Source: Rubripirellula sp.
GTDB lineage: Bacteria; Planctomycetota; Planctomycetia; Pirellulales; Pirellulaceae
Reading direction: 5' to 3'
Assembly: GCA_965216875.1 (NCBI GenBank)
Contig: OZ244207.1
Coordinates: 2,720,001-2,784,000, forward strand
DNA length: 64,000 nucleotides
Shown: positions 30,693 through 41,136 of the stretch, in pieces
Numbering within the stretch: position 1 is the stretch's first letter
Layout of the letters: every line of letters starts with the position of its first letter
Notes under the pieces: model-generated
The model's input: the letters and a program-made list of their open reading frames with translations, nothing else
What the model was told of the DNA's origin: nothing
Database searches by the model: none
Made by a program: the position numbers and the translations under genes

Positions 30693-31202
30693 TTAGGCCG
30701 CTTCATTGAACAACATCCCGTCACCGCCGGACGCCTGCTGGTTGCCGCTACTGTCGTAGGTTGGTGGCGCTGTGGCGCCCGACATCAACCGCAGGATCTC
30801 GCCGGTCAGATCGGCCAAATGATATTGGCACACAAACAGCGACACAGCGCGGTGGTTGGCCATGTCAACGGCGTGCCCAATCGCCTCGCCTCGATCGGCC
30901 AATTCGAATTGGGCATCCGAGCGAAGCTTTTCCACCAGGGTTGCCCCCACCTGCGGTGCGTCCTCGGCGGTCAACAGATCTTCGCGTTCGGCAATTCGAA
31001 GTTGAAGCTGGTCGATCGCAAGCGCCAACTCGACATTGGCCTCGTCAACGCCGCCAGCATCGCCGGCTTGCGTGTCCACCTTGGTCTTTTCGAGGACGTC
31101 GTTCAGCTTGGAAACGCTCTCTTCAAGAAGTCCAAAGTAGCTCGTCACGCGTTGCTCCCAACGCAGATTCGATGCCTCTTGTTCCGCTGGCTGATTCATC
31201 AT
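30693..31202 (-). CDS. flgN: Flagellar export chaperone FlgN-like
   Basis: Helical 169-aa protein ending TY...LFNEAA; last gene of the flgFGAHIJ run. Confidence 0.55.
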   Translation of the reverse strand: MMNQPAEQEASNLRWEQRVTSYFGLLEESVSKLNDVLEKTKVDTQAGDAGGVDEANVELALAIDQLQLRIAEREDLLTAEDAPQVGATLVEKLRSDAQFELADRGEAIGHAVDMANHRAVSLFVCQYHLADLTGEILRLMSGATAPPTYDSSGNQQASGGDGMLFNEAA

Positions 31203-31648
31203 TGCCTCCGGTGCAACTGATACAGTTCATCTGGCGTCGAAAGCTCGTGCAACTCTTTCAAGCCACCAAGCTCGTGCTCAACTTCAACAGGCTCGTGATT
31301 GCTCAAACCTCGTTGAGCCATGAACAAGTCGTACATCGGGTCGGAAATCGTTCCCGAGGACGCTTCGGTTAGCTCTTCAACAAGCACTTGATCGAGCTGC
31401 TTCTGAAATACTTCTTCGGTGCGACCACCATGCATGTAAGCGGCTTGCCCAGTCGACTTTCGCATGGTGGAGAGCATGCCACCGAACAACGCTTGCCCGA
31501 CGAACTTGGTGAATTGCTCGCGGGCTTCATCCGATTCCTGGATCGGTGCGTTCGGCTCGAGCTGTTGGTCGGCCAAGTTTCTCGACGCGAGCTGTTGATC
31601 AGCCAATGTCTTGGGCATCATTGTCGGCAGATGAGGGCGAATGGTCAT
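31199..31648 (-). CDS. flgJ: Rod-binding protein (FlgJ-like, no muramidase domain)
   Basis: FVGQALFGGMLSTMRKS...EEVFQKQLDQ; follows flgI. Confidence 0.75.
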   Translation of the reverse strand: MTIRPHLPTMMPKTLADQQLASRNLADQQLEPNAPIQESDEAREQFTKFVGQALFGGMLSTMRKSTGQAAYMHGGRTEEVFQKQLDQVLVEELTEASSGTISDPMYDLFMAQRGLSNHEPVEVEHELGGLKELHELSTPDELYQLHRRQ

Positions 31649-31700
31649 CGCTTGTTTCCTAACATCAGCGTTCTCTCAGGATTGCGCTGTCATCCATTGG

Positions 31701-32813
31701 CTATTGAAAAACAACCTCGCCGTACAAATCACCCTTCCGCTTGAGCGTCTTGATGATGGCGATCAGGTCCTCGGTGGGAACATCGAGCGCGTTCAAAGCA
31801 TCCGCAAGGCTCTTGAGCTTTGCATTGCCCACGTCATCCGTTTTCTCCGCGACAGGAACGAGTTCGTTGCCGCCACCTGCTTCGATGCGCAGATTCCGAT
31901 GAGTGACCAACACGGGTGCGATTTCGACGTCTTTGCCGATCAACACAACACCTTCGCGCTCATTGATCACGACACGTGACGAATGGCTTGAGATCTGGAT
32001 CCGAATGTTGTTCAGCAGGAACGCGATGAACTTGATCGGGTTCTGCTGGTAGCGTTCGGGGATCTGTACCTGGATGTGCATCTGATCAATCGCTTGTGCG
32101 CGGGTTCGCCCCGATGCACTGCCCATGTTTCCGGTGTCACCGAAAGTGACCTGCGAAAGGTTGTTGATTTCGTCCTCGATGCGCTGCGCCATATCGAAGC
32201 TGGCGAAGTCTCGATCGAGCACAAGGGTGATGAGGCCATTTCGTTGAAACGCCGCGTTCACCTCGGCTTCCATTTTGGCACCGCCTTGAATTGTCGCACT
32301 GGTCGCCGGCCCGTCTGGCGATACGGACAATGTCCCTTGGGCTGTCGCATAGACCGTTGGGTTGTCGGCCCGTGGCCCCAGCATCATCGTCAACATCAAC
32401 GTGCCGCCCTCGAGGCTCTTCGCGTTGATTGCGTTGACTCGCACATCAAGCAGGTCGCCCGGCTGGGCGCCAACGCTGGGCACGGTCGCAGTGACAAACA
32501 CCATTGCGACGTTGCGAGATTCTTCGACATCAGCAAGATTCAGTTGACCGCCCCGATCGATACTCATCGGCGCGCCCATGTTTTTCATCATTTGCGCAAG
32601 GGCACGCGCTGTCGGTGCAGAATCGGAATCACCCGTACCGCGCAGGCCAACGACCAACCCCAAACCTTGAAGGGTATTGGTTTCCTGTCCCTTGAGACGA
32701 CAGAGTTCGCCCAGCCTCAAGTCACCCGCATGACCTACGTTTGACACGCACAGTGCAAACGCGAGCCCAAGCAGCAGGCCAATCAATCGTAGGTTGCTCA
32801 AACGTCGCCTCAC
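31701..32813 (-). CDS. flgI: Flagellar P-ring protein
   Basis: GLGLVVGLRGTGD, NVAMVFVTA, AKSLEGGTL, VVINEREG. Confidence 0.93.
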   Translation of the reverse strand: MRRRLSNLRLIGLLLGLAFALCVSNVGHAGDLRLGELCRLKGQETNTLQGLGLVVGLRGTGDSDSAPTARALAQMMKNMGAPMSIDRGGQLNLADVEESRNVAMVFVTATVPSVGAQPGDLLDVRVNAINAKSLEGGTLMLTMMLGPRADNPTVYATAQGTLSVSPDGPATSATIQGGAKMEAEVNAAFQRNGLITLVLDRDFASFDMAQRIEDEINNLSQVTFGDTGNMGSASGRTRAQAIDQMHIQVQIPERYQQNPIKFIAFLLNNIRIQISSHSSRVVINEREGVVLIGKDVEIAPVLVTHRNLRIEAGGGNELVPVAEKTDDVGNAKLKSLADALNALDVPTEDLIAIIKTLKRKGDLYGEVVFQ

Positions 32814-33577
32814 TAGAACGGCCCCGCGCGATCAAGGAATCTCGTCCACCAGCCGCGTTTGTAGCCATCACGCAGATGACCGCGGTCCATTTTCCGAATT
32901 TCCAAGTCAATCAGATCTTTGCTTAGCACGACGTTGTCCGGCGCGATGTCGTCGGCGCGACAGATTCCAGACAACGACGTTTCCCATAAGTTGTCGTTTA
33001 CACGAATCGTCTTGCGTGCTTCAAGAACAAGTGAACCGTTTGGTCGAATGTCGACGACCGTTGCCGCGATGTTGAAAGTCATCGATTCGCGTGATTCGAC
33101 GGTCGATTCCGCCCGGTACTGTGCATTCGATTCCCCCGCGACCGTAGGATCCCCATTGGCCTGGGCGTCCGGTCGCAAGCGAAACTCGGTGATGCGAATC
33201 CAATCGCTTAGCACTGCTTCAAACAGCGTTCGCTTGCGGTTTTCGGCGGCACCTTCGGCGAGCACTCGGGTGATTTCGTCCACACGAATCGTGATGATGT
33301 CGTTGATTGCGAATTGCCGAATCGGCGGCGCGGGCTGGTAGGTCCAACTGGCACCATTGAGCAGCACACGAGGACGATCCTCTTGCGCTGTCGGCACGCT
33401 GGCATACGGAATGGGTGGCTGTGCCGTTGCCGCGCCAATCTGACCTTGGCCCGGATAGGTCGGCATCAGTGGCCCCTGGTGCAAAAGCGAGCTGTTTTGC
33501 GCCGATGCGTTGGGCAGGCAGACGACGCTCGCAGCAAGGAAACCTGCGACGGCGACGATTGTCTTAATACTGTTCAT
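32813..33577 (-). CDS. flgH: Flagellar L-ring protein
   Basis: DIITIRVDE, IAATVVDIRPNGSLVLEA, LSGICRADDI, GWWTRFLD. Confidence 0.9.
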   Translation of the reverse strand: MNSIKTIVAVAGFLAASVVCLPNASAQNSSLLHQGPLMPTYPGQGQIGAATAQPPIPYASVPTAQEDRPRVLLNGASWTYQPAPPIRQFAINDIITIRVDEITRVLAEGAAENRKRTLFEAVLSDWIRITEFRLRPDAQANGDPTVAGESNAQYRAESTVESRESMTFNIAATVVDIRPNGSLVLEARKTIRVNDNLWETSLSGICRADDIAPDNVVLSKDLIDLEIRKMDRGHLRDGYKRGWWTRFLDRAGPF

Positions 33578-34740
33578 CGTACCTGTGGAGCTCGAGTGAC
33601 AATTTCGACCAAACCGTGACGCACCACTCGCGCCAATAGACGTTTTCTTGGACTGAGCGTTTCGACTTCGATGGCATCCGAAACCGCTCCCTGTTCAACA
33701 GCGCGACCGCGCGTTGTCACGGTGATCCCGCCTCCAATCACTTGAATGTCGACGGCGTCACCACGTTTGATCACAACCGGCGCACCAACCTCGCCTCTGG
33801 ATATCGGCTGATTGGCCCGCACCATCCCGTGCACTTCCATCCCGACGAGTTCATTTGGATCGCTCACAAATGACGGCTCGAACTCGCCATCGGAAACCGG
33901 TTTGACGACCAAGTCTTCTGATCGCAATCGATGCCCTCGGCTGAAGGTCTTGCGAGGGAAAACGACGCGTGGATGCGCCGTGAGGGTCGCTTCCAATACC
34001 GCTTGGCAGGTCCGATCTTGCGTATTGCCGAGCACCTGAATCGTTTGTCGTCCCTCACCAATCGCACTCAGAAAGTCGATATCCGCTGGACCGATCATGC
34101 CGTGCAAGTGCACCAGTTCGGGCTGCTTCAAATCGATGTCGATCGCATACGCCTCGACCACCGATTCATGTTGTGTTTTTAGAGCCAGTTGAATTCTTGC
34201 CAGGATCGCCTTTGCCTGTGAACGTGGTAACGGCGGCGTCGATGCGGGCAGCCTTGCTTCGGGAATCTGTCGGTAGGCCGGCCGATGCGAGGTCTGGCGG
34301 ATTTCGTTCTGCTTGGGCGCGTTGGGATCGTGAATCACTTTGATCTGTTCTGGCCCCACCCATTCGATCACCGAAGGTGTCGCCTCGGCTTTTCGAATCA
34401 CATCGCCGAGCCGCTCGCGATCGATCACCATCGCGGTGCCATCGAGCGGAACCAGGCCAACCGATGCGCGGCCAAGCCGTTGCCATCCGCCCATCTGAGG
34501 ATCAAGCGGAACAACAATGTCGCGAAGTCGGACGATCGACGACGAAACACGTACGGGCGAGATTGTTCGAAAAGCCCAGCGAGTGTTCGCATCGACCGTC
34601 GCCCACTGCACCGAATCGGCTGATGCCGAAGCGTGTGGGACGCCAGGATGCGATTGCGCATGAAGATTGCCGCTAGCCATGGCAAAAACCAGCGTGAAGA
34701 TCGCGGCAGATCGAATGGCGGTTTGTCGGATCAAGATCAA
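33574..34740 (-). CDS. flgA: Flagellar P-ring formation chaperone
   Basis: C-terminal SAF domain and VIKRGDAV...GRAVEQG; lies between flgG and flgH; start uncertain. Confidence 0.85.
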   Translation of the reverse strand: MILIRQTAIRSAAIFTLVFAMASGNLHAQSHPGVPHASASADSVQWATVDANTRWAFRTISPVRVSSSIVRLRDIVVPLDPQMGGWQRLGRASVGLVPLDGTAMVIDRERLGDVIRKAEATPSVIEWVGPEQIKVIHDPNAPKQNEIRQTSHRPAYRQIPEARLPASTPPLPRSQAKAILARIQLALKTQHESVVEAYAIDIDLKQPELVHLHGMIGPADIDFLSAIGEGRQTIQVLGNTQDRTCQAVLEATLTAHPRVVFPRKTFSRGHRLRSEDLVVKPVSDGEFEPSFVSDPNELVGMEVHGMVRANQPISRGEVGAPVVIKRGDAVDIQVIGGGITVTTRGRAVEQGAVSDAIEVETLSPRKRLLARVVRHGLVEIVTRAPQVR

Positions 34741-34763
34741 CTCTCTTTGCGAGTCAACGCGGC

Positions 34764-35570
34764 TTAGAACCGACGCAGGTTGGAAATGTTCTGCATGATC
34801 TGGTCACCCGCCTGGACGGCCTGACTGTTCAGCTCGAAGGCGCGCTGAGTGGTGATCAAATCGATCAACTCTTGCACAGGCTGGACGTTTGAAGCTTCAA
34901 GCGAACCCTGCACCAACGCGCCCAATCCCTCTTGAGCCGGTGTGCCCAATTGAGGCTGGCCCGAGGCGTCGGTGACGCGATACATGTTCTCGCCCTCTTT
35001 CAACAGGCCATCCGGATTGATGAATTGAGCGATCTGAATCTGACCGACCGAAGCCAACTCGGTCTGACCGGGCTGGCGCACGAGCACTTCGCCGCTCGTG
35101 TTGATTTGAATGGCCGATGCGTCCTGCGGAATGGTGACCGGTGGGTCAAGCAACCGGCCGACCGATGCCGAACCCATGACCAAGTTCCCGTCGGCGTTGA
35201 TGTTGAAGTTGCCAGCGCGAGTAAAGAACTGCTCCTGCGAGGCGGGATCAAGCACCTGAAAGAACCCTTTGCCCTGGATCGCCATGTCGAGCGTCCGCCC
35301 GGTTTGTTGGAGCGTCCCCTGGCTGTGATCGGTTTGCGTGCTGGTCACGCGAACCCCCAGGCCCACCTGAGTTCCCACTGCAGTCGGAGTCTGAGTGGCA
35401 TCCTGAACACCCGGGTGCACCTCGGTTCGGTACAGCAAGTCTTCGAAGTTCGCGCGGTCTTTTTTGAAACCGGTTGTGTTGATGTTGGCTAGGTTGTTAG
35501 CGATGACGTCGAGCTTCGTCTCCATCGCGTCCATGCCGGTAGCGGCCGTGTAAAGCGTTTGCACACTCAT
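34764..35570 (-). CDS. flgG: Flagellar distal rod protein
   Basis: IANNLANINTTGFKK, FEDLLY, LEASNV, QRAFELNS. Confidence 0.95.
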   Translation of the reverse strand: MSVQTLYTAATGMDAMETKLDVIANNLANINTTGFKKDRANFEDLLYRTEVHPGVQDATQTPTAVGTQVGLGVRVTSTQTDHSQGTLQQTGRTLDMAIQGKGFFQVLDPASQEQFFTRAGNFNINADGNLVMGSASVGRLLDPPVTIPQDASAIQINTSGEVLVRQPGQTELASVGQIQIAQFINPDGLLKEGENMYRVTDASGQPQLGTPAQEGLGALVQGSLEASNVQPVQELIDLITTQRAFELNSQAVQAGDQIMQNISNLRRF

Positions 35571-35612
35571 GATGAATTCCGTTTCTTCTTATGCTTGTAG
35601 TCTCAACGCCAA

Positions 35613-36362
35613 CTACTGCAGAACGCGACTGATCAATGATCCCATCACCGAATCCTGGTTCTGGATCATTCGCACGTTCGCTTCGTAAACCCGCGAAGTT
35701 TCGATCATTTCCATCATCGCCCGCGTTGGACTGACGGCAGATTGCTCGAGGCTTCCCGCTACTACATTTCGATTGTCGTTAGCGACAAGATCAAAGTCCG
35801 CCAGCGGTTTGAATTGGTTACCGCCGATATGAGACAAATCGCCGAAACTCTTTGGTTTGGCCAACATCAACGACCATTGATTTGCGCCTTGTCGCAACGT
35901 TCCTTCCGGGCCAACCTCGTAGCGAACGCCCGGTTCGGTTTGAATCAGCCGACCATCGGCACCGACCACTTGGTCACCGTTTTGGTTCACCATTCTTCCG
36001 CGAGCATCAATCAAGAAGTCACCGGCTCGCGTCAGAAACTGTTCTTCGCCGCGCTGAACCACAAAGAACGATTCGTTGTCGGTAATGGCAAAGTCCGTCG
36101 AACGCCCAGTGCTCTTGATCGGACCGGTCGCAAACTTTGTTTCAGCCGGCTGAATCGTGACGCCGCCGCCGATGTCGTCGGCACCACCAAGCCCCGGTTG
36201 GACCTCGCCCTGTTCGATCAATTCAGCAAAGCGGGCCTGGACGATCGTTTGCTGTGGCTTGAACCCTGGCGTGTTGACGTTGGCCAAGTTGTTGCTGAGC
36301 TGCTCCATGCGACGGCTTTGGGCATTGGCCCCGGTCGCAGAGAGGTAAACGCCGTACGGCAT
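35613..36362 (-). CDS. flgF: Flagellar proximal rod protein
   Basis: SNNLANVNTPGFK, LTRAGDF, LEQSAV; directly upstream of flgG. Confidence 0.88.
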   Translation of the reverse strand: MPYGVYLSATGANAQSRRMEQLSNNLANVNTPGFKPQQTIVQARFAELIEQGEVQPGLGGADDIGGGVTIQPAETKFATGPIKSTGRSTDFAITDNESFFVVQRGEEQFLTRAGDFLIDARGRMVNQNGDQVVGADGRLIQTEPGVRYEVGPEGTLRQGANQWSLMLAKPKSFGDLSHIGGNQFKPLADFDLVANDNRNVVAGSLEQSAVSPTRAMMEMIETSRVYEANVRMIQNQDSVMGSLISRVLQ

Positions 36363-36392
36363 TGCAAAAAACCGGTTCTGGGGGATAGATCA

Positions 36393-36409
36393 CGCAATGC
36401 GAACGCCGA
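36393..36409 (-). promoter_or_regulatory. Putative sigma54 promoter of the flgF operon
   Basis: Minus strand TCGGCGTTCGCATTGCG (GG-N10-GC with TTGC), about 30 nt upstream of the ATG. Confidence 0.4.
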
Positions 36410-36518
36410 TCAACCGATCGTCGCCGTCGGCTGATCCCCCCACAGTTCGCCACCAAAAATGGGATTAACAATTAAGAAACCGGCAGCACAAGACCAGAAA
36501 CGTGTGCTCCACCAATCA

Positions 36519-36618
36519 CCCTCCCGCTTGCGGGAGGGTCGGACGCAAAGTCCGGGGAGGGCTCCTCAAAAACAAACCCTCTCCGGGCCTTGGAGCCTGA
36601 CTCTCCCAAGGGAGAGTG
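36519..36618. repeat. Family A intergenic element, copy 3
   Basis: Aligns with copies 1 and 2. Confidence 0.92.
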
Positions 36619-36753
36619 CTAAAGCACGCAGTTTCGAAGCTGTTGCGATGCCAAATTACCAGGCCGATTGTCGATTTTTCACAACGGTTATAGACTTAAT
36701 TCAGAAGCGGCCCCAAACGGCTGAAAACACGGCGAAACCACAATACCGGCTCG

Positions 36754-37194
36754 ATGACCGACGACCACGAAATCTTCCCGCAACATGTCCTCGATCATTA
36801 CGAGGATCCCTACCACCGAGGCCCTCTCGAGGGGGCCACACATGGATTCGAATCGGAAATCCCAGGTTGTGGCGACGCGATTCGCATCGAACTGCAAATT
36901 GCGCAAGACGGGACAATTCGCGAAGCCTGGTTTGATGGTGACGGCTGTGTAGCGAGTCAAGCTGCAGCATCAATGCTTGTTGAGGCGGTCGAGGGAAAAT
37001 CAACCGAGGAAGCTCGTGAATTCTCTCCTCAACAGATGCTTGATCTGCTCGGCAAGGACATCCCCTCTGCGCGACAAAAGTGTTGTCTGCTTGGATGGCG
37101 AACGTTCCAAGACGCGCTGGCTTCGCCGCTGGACGACGACCTCGACGACGCCGGACCGAATTTTGGCGGCCCCAGCCTGAGTGAAGAATGTTGA
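36754..37194 (+). CDS. sufU: SufU/IscU-family Fe-S scaffold or sulfur-transfer protein
   Basis: LDHYEDP, GCGD, GCVASQAAASM, RQKC. Confidence 0.85.
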   Translation: MTDDHEIFPQHVLDHYEDPYHRGPLEGATHGFESEIPGCGDAIRIELQIAQDGTIREAWFDGDGCVASQAAASMLVEAVEGKSTEEAREFSPQQMLDLLGKDIPSARQKCCLLGWRTFQDALASPLDDDLDDAGPNFGGPSLSEEC

Positions 37195-37311
37195 GCCAGC
37201 CGCCGGTTATTCGGTCAATCAGGAAGAACCCCATTGGGCGTGCGGACAGTATTGGGCCCGCTGACAAATCGATGCATTGGCCGACAGCAAGATGAACGCC
37301 AACGCGAGCTG

Positions 37312-39039
37312 ATGGAAAGAGACATTTCGAAGGACAACTTTGTGAACGCAGTTGATGACCTGATCGAAGAATTCGAAGACCTTGATGAACACGAGGCGTG
37401 CCAGGTTTTGGATGAACTTGGTCGTTCACTTCCCGAGATCCCAGAGTCGGTCTACTCAGACGAACACCTCGTCCCCGGATGCCAAAGCCGTGTTTGGATG
37501 GTTTGTGGACTTTCGGAAGAAGAGCCGAAGAGGCTAACGATTCAGGCAGACAGCGATGCGATCATCGTCAAGGGACTCGTCTCGGTGTTGCTTGAGATCT
37601 ATGTCGGCCAAACGCCTGCCGAAGCGATCGAGATCGACTACGCGACCATCTTTGAAAAGCTTGGGCTCGGTCGCTTGATCACGCCCCAGCGCAAGAACGG
37701 TCTCTTTTCGATGGTCAAGACGGTCCGTCAATTTGCGGCTGACCAATTGGGCCAGACCTCGATCCCCACTCTCGCACCGAGCGTGGCCGTCAAGGCCGAG
37801 GCTCCGGTTCCAACCCGATCAATCGAGTCCATCGCCAAAGAATTCCCCATCCTTCAGCGTCCGTTACCCGGTGGGAAACGGCCCGTCTTTCTCGACAGTG
37901 GTGCCAGCTCCCAAAAGCCGCACTGCGTGATCGAGAAAGAACGCGAATGCGAAGAAGAGTATTACGCCAACGCCTTTCGCGGCCGCTACTACTTTGGTCA
38001 GCGTGTTGACGACGAAATTGAATCATCGCGACAGAAAGTGGCAAGCCTGATTGGTGCTGCCGGAAGCGACGAAGTTGCCTTCACCGCTGGTACAACCCTG
38101 TCGCTAAACATGATTGCTTTCGGCTGGGGACGAAAACGTCTTTCGCCTGGTGATGAAATCGTCATCACCGAGATGGAGCATCACGCCAACTACGTGCCCT
38201 GGCAACAGTTGGCCAAAGAAACAGGGGCGACACTGCGCATCCTGTCCATCAATGATCGCTACGAGCTGTCGATGGACGAAGTCGCAGATACTCTCAACGC
38301 GTCCACAAAGATCGTTGCCATCACGAGCATGTCGAACGTGCTGGGCACCATCAACCCAATCGCCGAGATCGCCCAGGCCGCACACGACGTCGGTGCTGTG
38401 GTCGTCGTCGACGCCGCACAAAGCGTCCCGCACGAAGTGACCGATGTGGCAACGAGCGGAGCCGACTTCTTGGTCTTTTCCGGCCACAAAGTCTACGGGC
38501 CTTCCGGAGTCGGTGTGCTTTACGGCAAACGGGAACGACTTGCCCAAATGGATCCCATCGCATTTGGCGGTCACATGATTCGCGAAGTCGGCCGTACCGA
38601 ATCGACCTGGGCCGATCCGCCGGCAAGGTTCGAAGCGGGCACGATGCCGATCGTGCAAATCATCGGCCTCGGTGCGGCAGTCGACTTTGTGCGTTCGGTC
38701 GGCTTCGATGCGATTGGGAAGTTAGAACGAGAACTCACCCTGGCGGCGCATCAACAACTCAGCGAGATCAAGGGGTTGAAAATTCACGGCCCAGAAGTGT
38801 CAAAGAAGGGCGCCATCGTCAGTTTTTCGATTGACGGGATTGCGACGGAAGATCTCGCGATTCGACTCGACCAACACGGGGTCTTCACGCGACATGGTCA
38901 TCACTGCGCGATGGTGTTGCACGAGAAATTGGGCGTTGCCGCCACAACGCGAGCCAGTTTCGGACTCTACAACACCCTCGAAGATGTCAACGCATTGACA
39001 ACCGCCGTCCGCGAAGGTGTCGCCGACATCCGCCGCTAA
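37312..39039 (+). CDS. sufS: SufE-SufS fusion (sulfur acceptor plus PLP cysteine desulfurase)
   Basis: N-terminal VPGCQSRVW, DSDAIIVKGL, TPQRKNG (SufE); then FLDSGASSQKP, EHHAN, FSGHK, RHGHHCA (group II desulfurase). Confidence 0.9.
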   Translation: MERDISKDNFVNAVDDLIEEFEDLDEHEACQVLDELGRSLPEIPESVYSDEHLVPGCQSRVWMVCGLSEEEPKRLTIQADSDAIIVKGLVSVLLEIYVGQTPAEAIEIDYATIFEKLGLGRLITPQRKNGLFSMVKTVRQFAADQLGQTSIPTLAPSVAVKAEAPVPTRSIESIAKEFPILQRPLPGGKRPVFLDSGASSQKPHCVIEKERECEEEYYANAFRGRYYFGQRVDDEIESSRQKVASLIGAAGSDEVAFTAGTTLSLNMIAFGWGRKRLSPGDEIVITEMEHHANYVPWQQLAKETGATLRILSINDRYELSMDEVADTLNASTKIVAITSMSNVLGTINPIAEIAQAAHDVGAVVVVDAAQSVPHEVTDVATSGADFLVFSGHKVYGPSGVGVLYGKRERLAQMDPIAFGGHMIREVGRTESTWADPPARFEAGTMPIVQIIGLGAAVDFVRSVGFDAIGKLERELTLAAHQQLSEIKGLKIHGPEVSKKGAIVSFSIDGIATEDLAIRLDQHGVFTRHGHHCAMVLHEKLGVAATTRASFGLYNTLEDVNALTTAVREGVADIRR

Positions 39040-39179
39040 GGTCTATCGTGAGCCGCACCTGCAAGCGGCGGGCCTTGCAGGATTATTAGAAAGCCACAGA
39101 GGACACAGAGAGCACCGAGCAATCAACCGAAGGTCGGCAAACCAGTCGTGCTCGTGCTCGTGCTCAGCAAAGCGCTCGA

Positions 39180-40958
39180 CTAGATCCTCGATTCACTTTC
39201 GAGGTTGAGTTCCGCGAGTTTCCAAGCTCCGTCAACGAGCTTCACTGCAAACGTCCCAACATATTGATTGCGTCGCTCGTGAAGGTGCCCCCAGTGCCCA
39301 ACGCTGCCAGCAACGTCCCAAACACATCTTGCTGAAAACGAGCCGCTGCTTGATTCGGTGACTTCACAACCGACCAAATCGACTTGCTTCACTTTCACGC
39401 GTGCTCCCCCCTGACTCGCCAGCGTCAGCGATCGACGCGTCTCGAGGTAAACCTCAGTCAGAAGTTCACCGGAGACACTTTGATCTAGAACGTTGTAGAC
39501 CGTACTCTCATCGCGATAGTCAAACGCCCGATAGACGTTGTGCAATAGCGAGTGCATCACTTCGTTGGACTGGGAATCAGTTAATGCCACCGGTCGCCCA
39601 AGGGGCAAATCGATCTGCAACCATTGCAGACGAGATGACGCCACCGCGACAAACACAAAACTTAATGCTGCAGCAAAACGGAGCATCACCTCGCGTGTCG
39701 ACGCATTTTCGCGTTTACGCATCCAGATGGTCACCGCAGCGATCATGCACGCGACCATCGCCAGAGAAATCGAGACGCCTCGTTGTGTCGGCGGGGGCAC
39801 GACACGCATCGCGGGGATTTTTGGGGACTTTAAATGATTCGTCCAAACCAAGGTGGGCGATTCCGCACTGAGAAAACTTGGCATGCCACCAGCCTGGTCG
39901 GTCGCAACCGCGGGGATTCGTGAAATGCGTTGGTCGAACAACTCCCATCGCAATTCGGCCTGCTTGGGCAACGATGCAACCGGATACACGTAAATTGCGC
40001 CGATCATTGCGTTATCAAGCGACACATCTTGGCCTTCCGGAACGACGCCGGTTGTGCGCAGCGATTGTGTGACAAAGTGCACACGGTCGAGCGTCCCGCC
40101 GATTTCCTTGCCATCGATCAACAAAGGCGTCTGTTCATGTAGAAATTCGGCGGCCAACGCACACACGCTCGATCGCTGGTCTGCTTTGACGACCGTCGCC
40201 CCCTCGAGGCCAAGATCCACCCACCGCTGCAAATCTCGCGGACGAAAGAGGACTTCCTTGCGAACTTCGAGGTGTTCGATGTAGAGGAACGCCGCTGCTG
40301 GCGCATCAAAGCGGCGTTTCAAGTTCTTTCGTTCAAATGCGCTATACCAAGGATCTTCCCAATCCAACCGCAACGTTTCAACATTCGAAAGGTAGCGAAA
40401 ATCATTGATCGCGACGCCATTGTGATAGGCAACGAAACCGATATTAGCGATCGAAGTCGGCGGCGAGCTCTCAGCCGATCGCCCCAACTCCGTTACATCG
40501 AACGTGAGCGCCGCCGGTCGATTGGCAAGAGCAAACAGGACTTCGACGCGCGCTACCCGTTCGGCTTCGTCACTTTCAATCACAATCGGCTGGCCAGTGA
40601 TTTCGTCTCGCTCGATTCGACGTCCGACTTCACATCTGGTCACGCGACCGGCGAGTACTTTCTGGTCGGCCACCATTTTCCATTGTTTGGATAAAAACTC
40701 CGGTGCTCGGCGATCGAGGGCAACCTCTTGGCCCGTCGAGTCTCGATAGAGCGCATCGGGCAAAATGTCCGCAAAAGCCTCTGCGTCGGCCGCTCCAATT
40801 TCCAGCGAGAGACGGACCTGGCCCTCTTCGACAAAAATCTCCGCGATCGTTGAAGCGGACATCGCCTTGGTGACGACCAACGCGTCCGCTAACAAAGCGG
40901 TGGGCTGCAGGACGCCAAGCATCAGCAGGAATAGAACGAGAAGTCGCAGGCGAGCCAT
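39180..40958 (-). CDS. Membrane-anchored hypothetical protein
   Basis: Signal peptide, two TM helices, C-terminal NVYRAFD and GSVGHWGHLHER motifs; start at MARL. Confidence 0.7.
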   Translation of the reverse strand: MARLRLLVLFLLMLGVLQPTALLADALVVTKAMSASTIAEIFVEEGQVRLSLEIGAADAEAFADILPDALYRDSTGQEVALDRRAPEFLSKQWKMVADQKVLAGRVTRCEVGRRIERDEITGQPIVIESDEAERVARVEVLFALANRPAALTFDVTELGRSAESSPPTSIANIGFVAYHNGVAINDFRYLSNVETLRLDWEDPWYSAFERKNLKRRFDAPAAAFLYIEHLEVRKEVLFRPRDLQRWVDLGLEGATVVKADQRSSVCALAAEFLHEQTPLLIDGKEIGGTLDRVHFVTQSLRTTGVVPEGQDVSLDNAMIGAIYVYPVASLPKQAELRWELFDQRISRIPAVATDQAGGMPSFLSAESPTLVWTNHLKSPKIPAMRVVPPPTQRGVSISLAMVACMIAAVTIWMRKRENASTREVMLRFAAALSFVFVAVASSRLQWLQIDLPLGRPVALTDSQSNEVMHSLLHNVYRAFDYRDESTVYNVLDQSVSGELLTEVYLETRRSLTLASQGGARVKVKQVDLVGCEVTESSSGSFSARCVWDVAGSVGHWGHLHERRNQYVGTFAVKLVDGAWKLAELNLESESRI

Positions 40959-41136
40959 CAATTGCAATTCCGAGGAAAAGGGATGGCATTCTAGTTCCGC
41001 GCATCTTCTTTCCCAAGCATCCCTAAGAAACACTCGCCCCGATCGTTGTCGAATTGACCAGAGTCTCGGTGAGCTCCGCCATGCTGCCATCGGGTAAAAG
41101 AACGATCTCACTACGTTCCCTTCAAGAGAACCTCCC

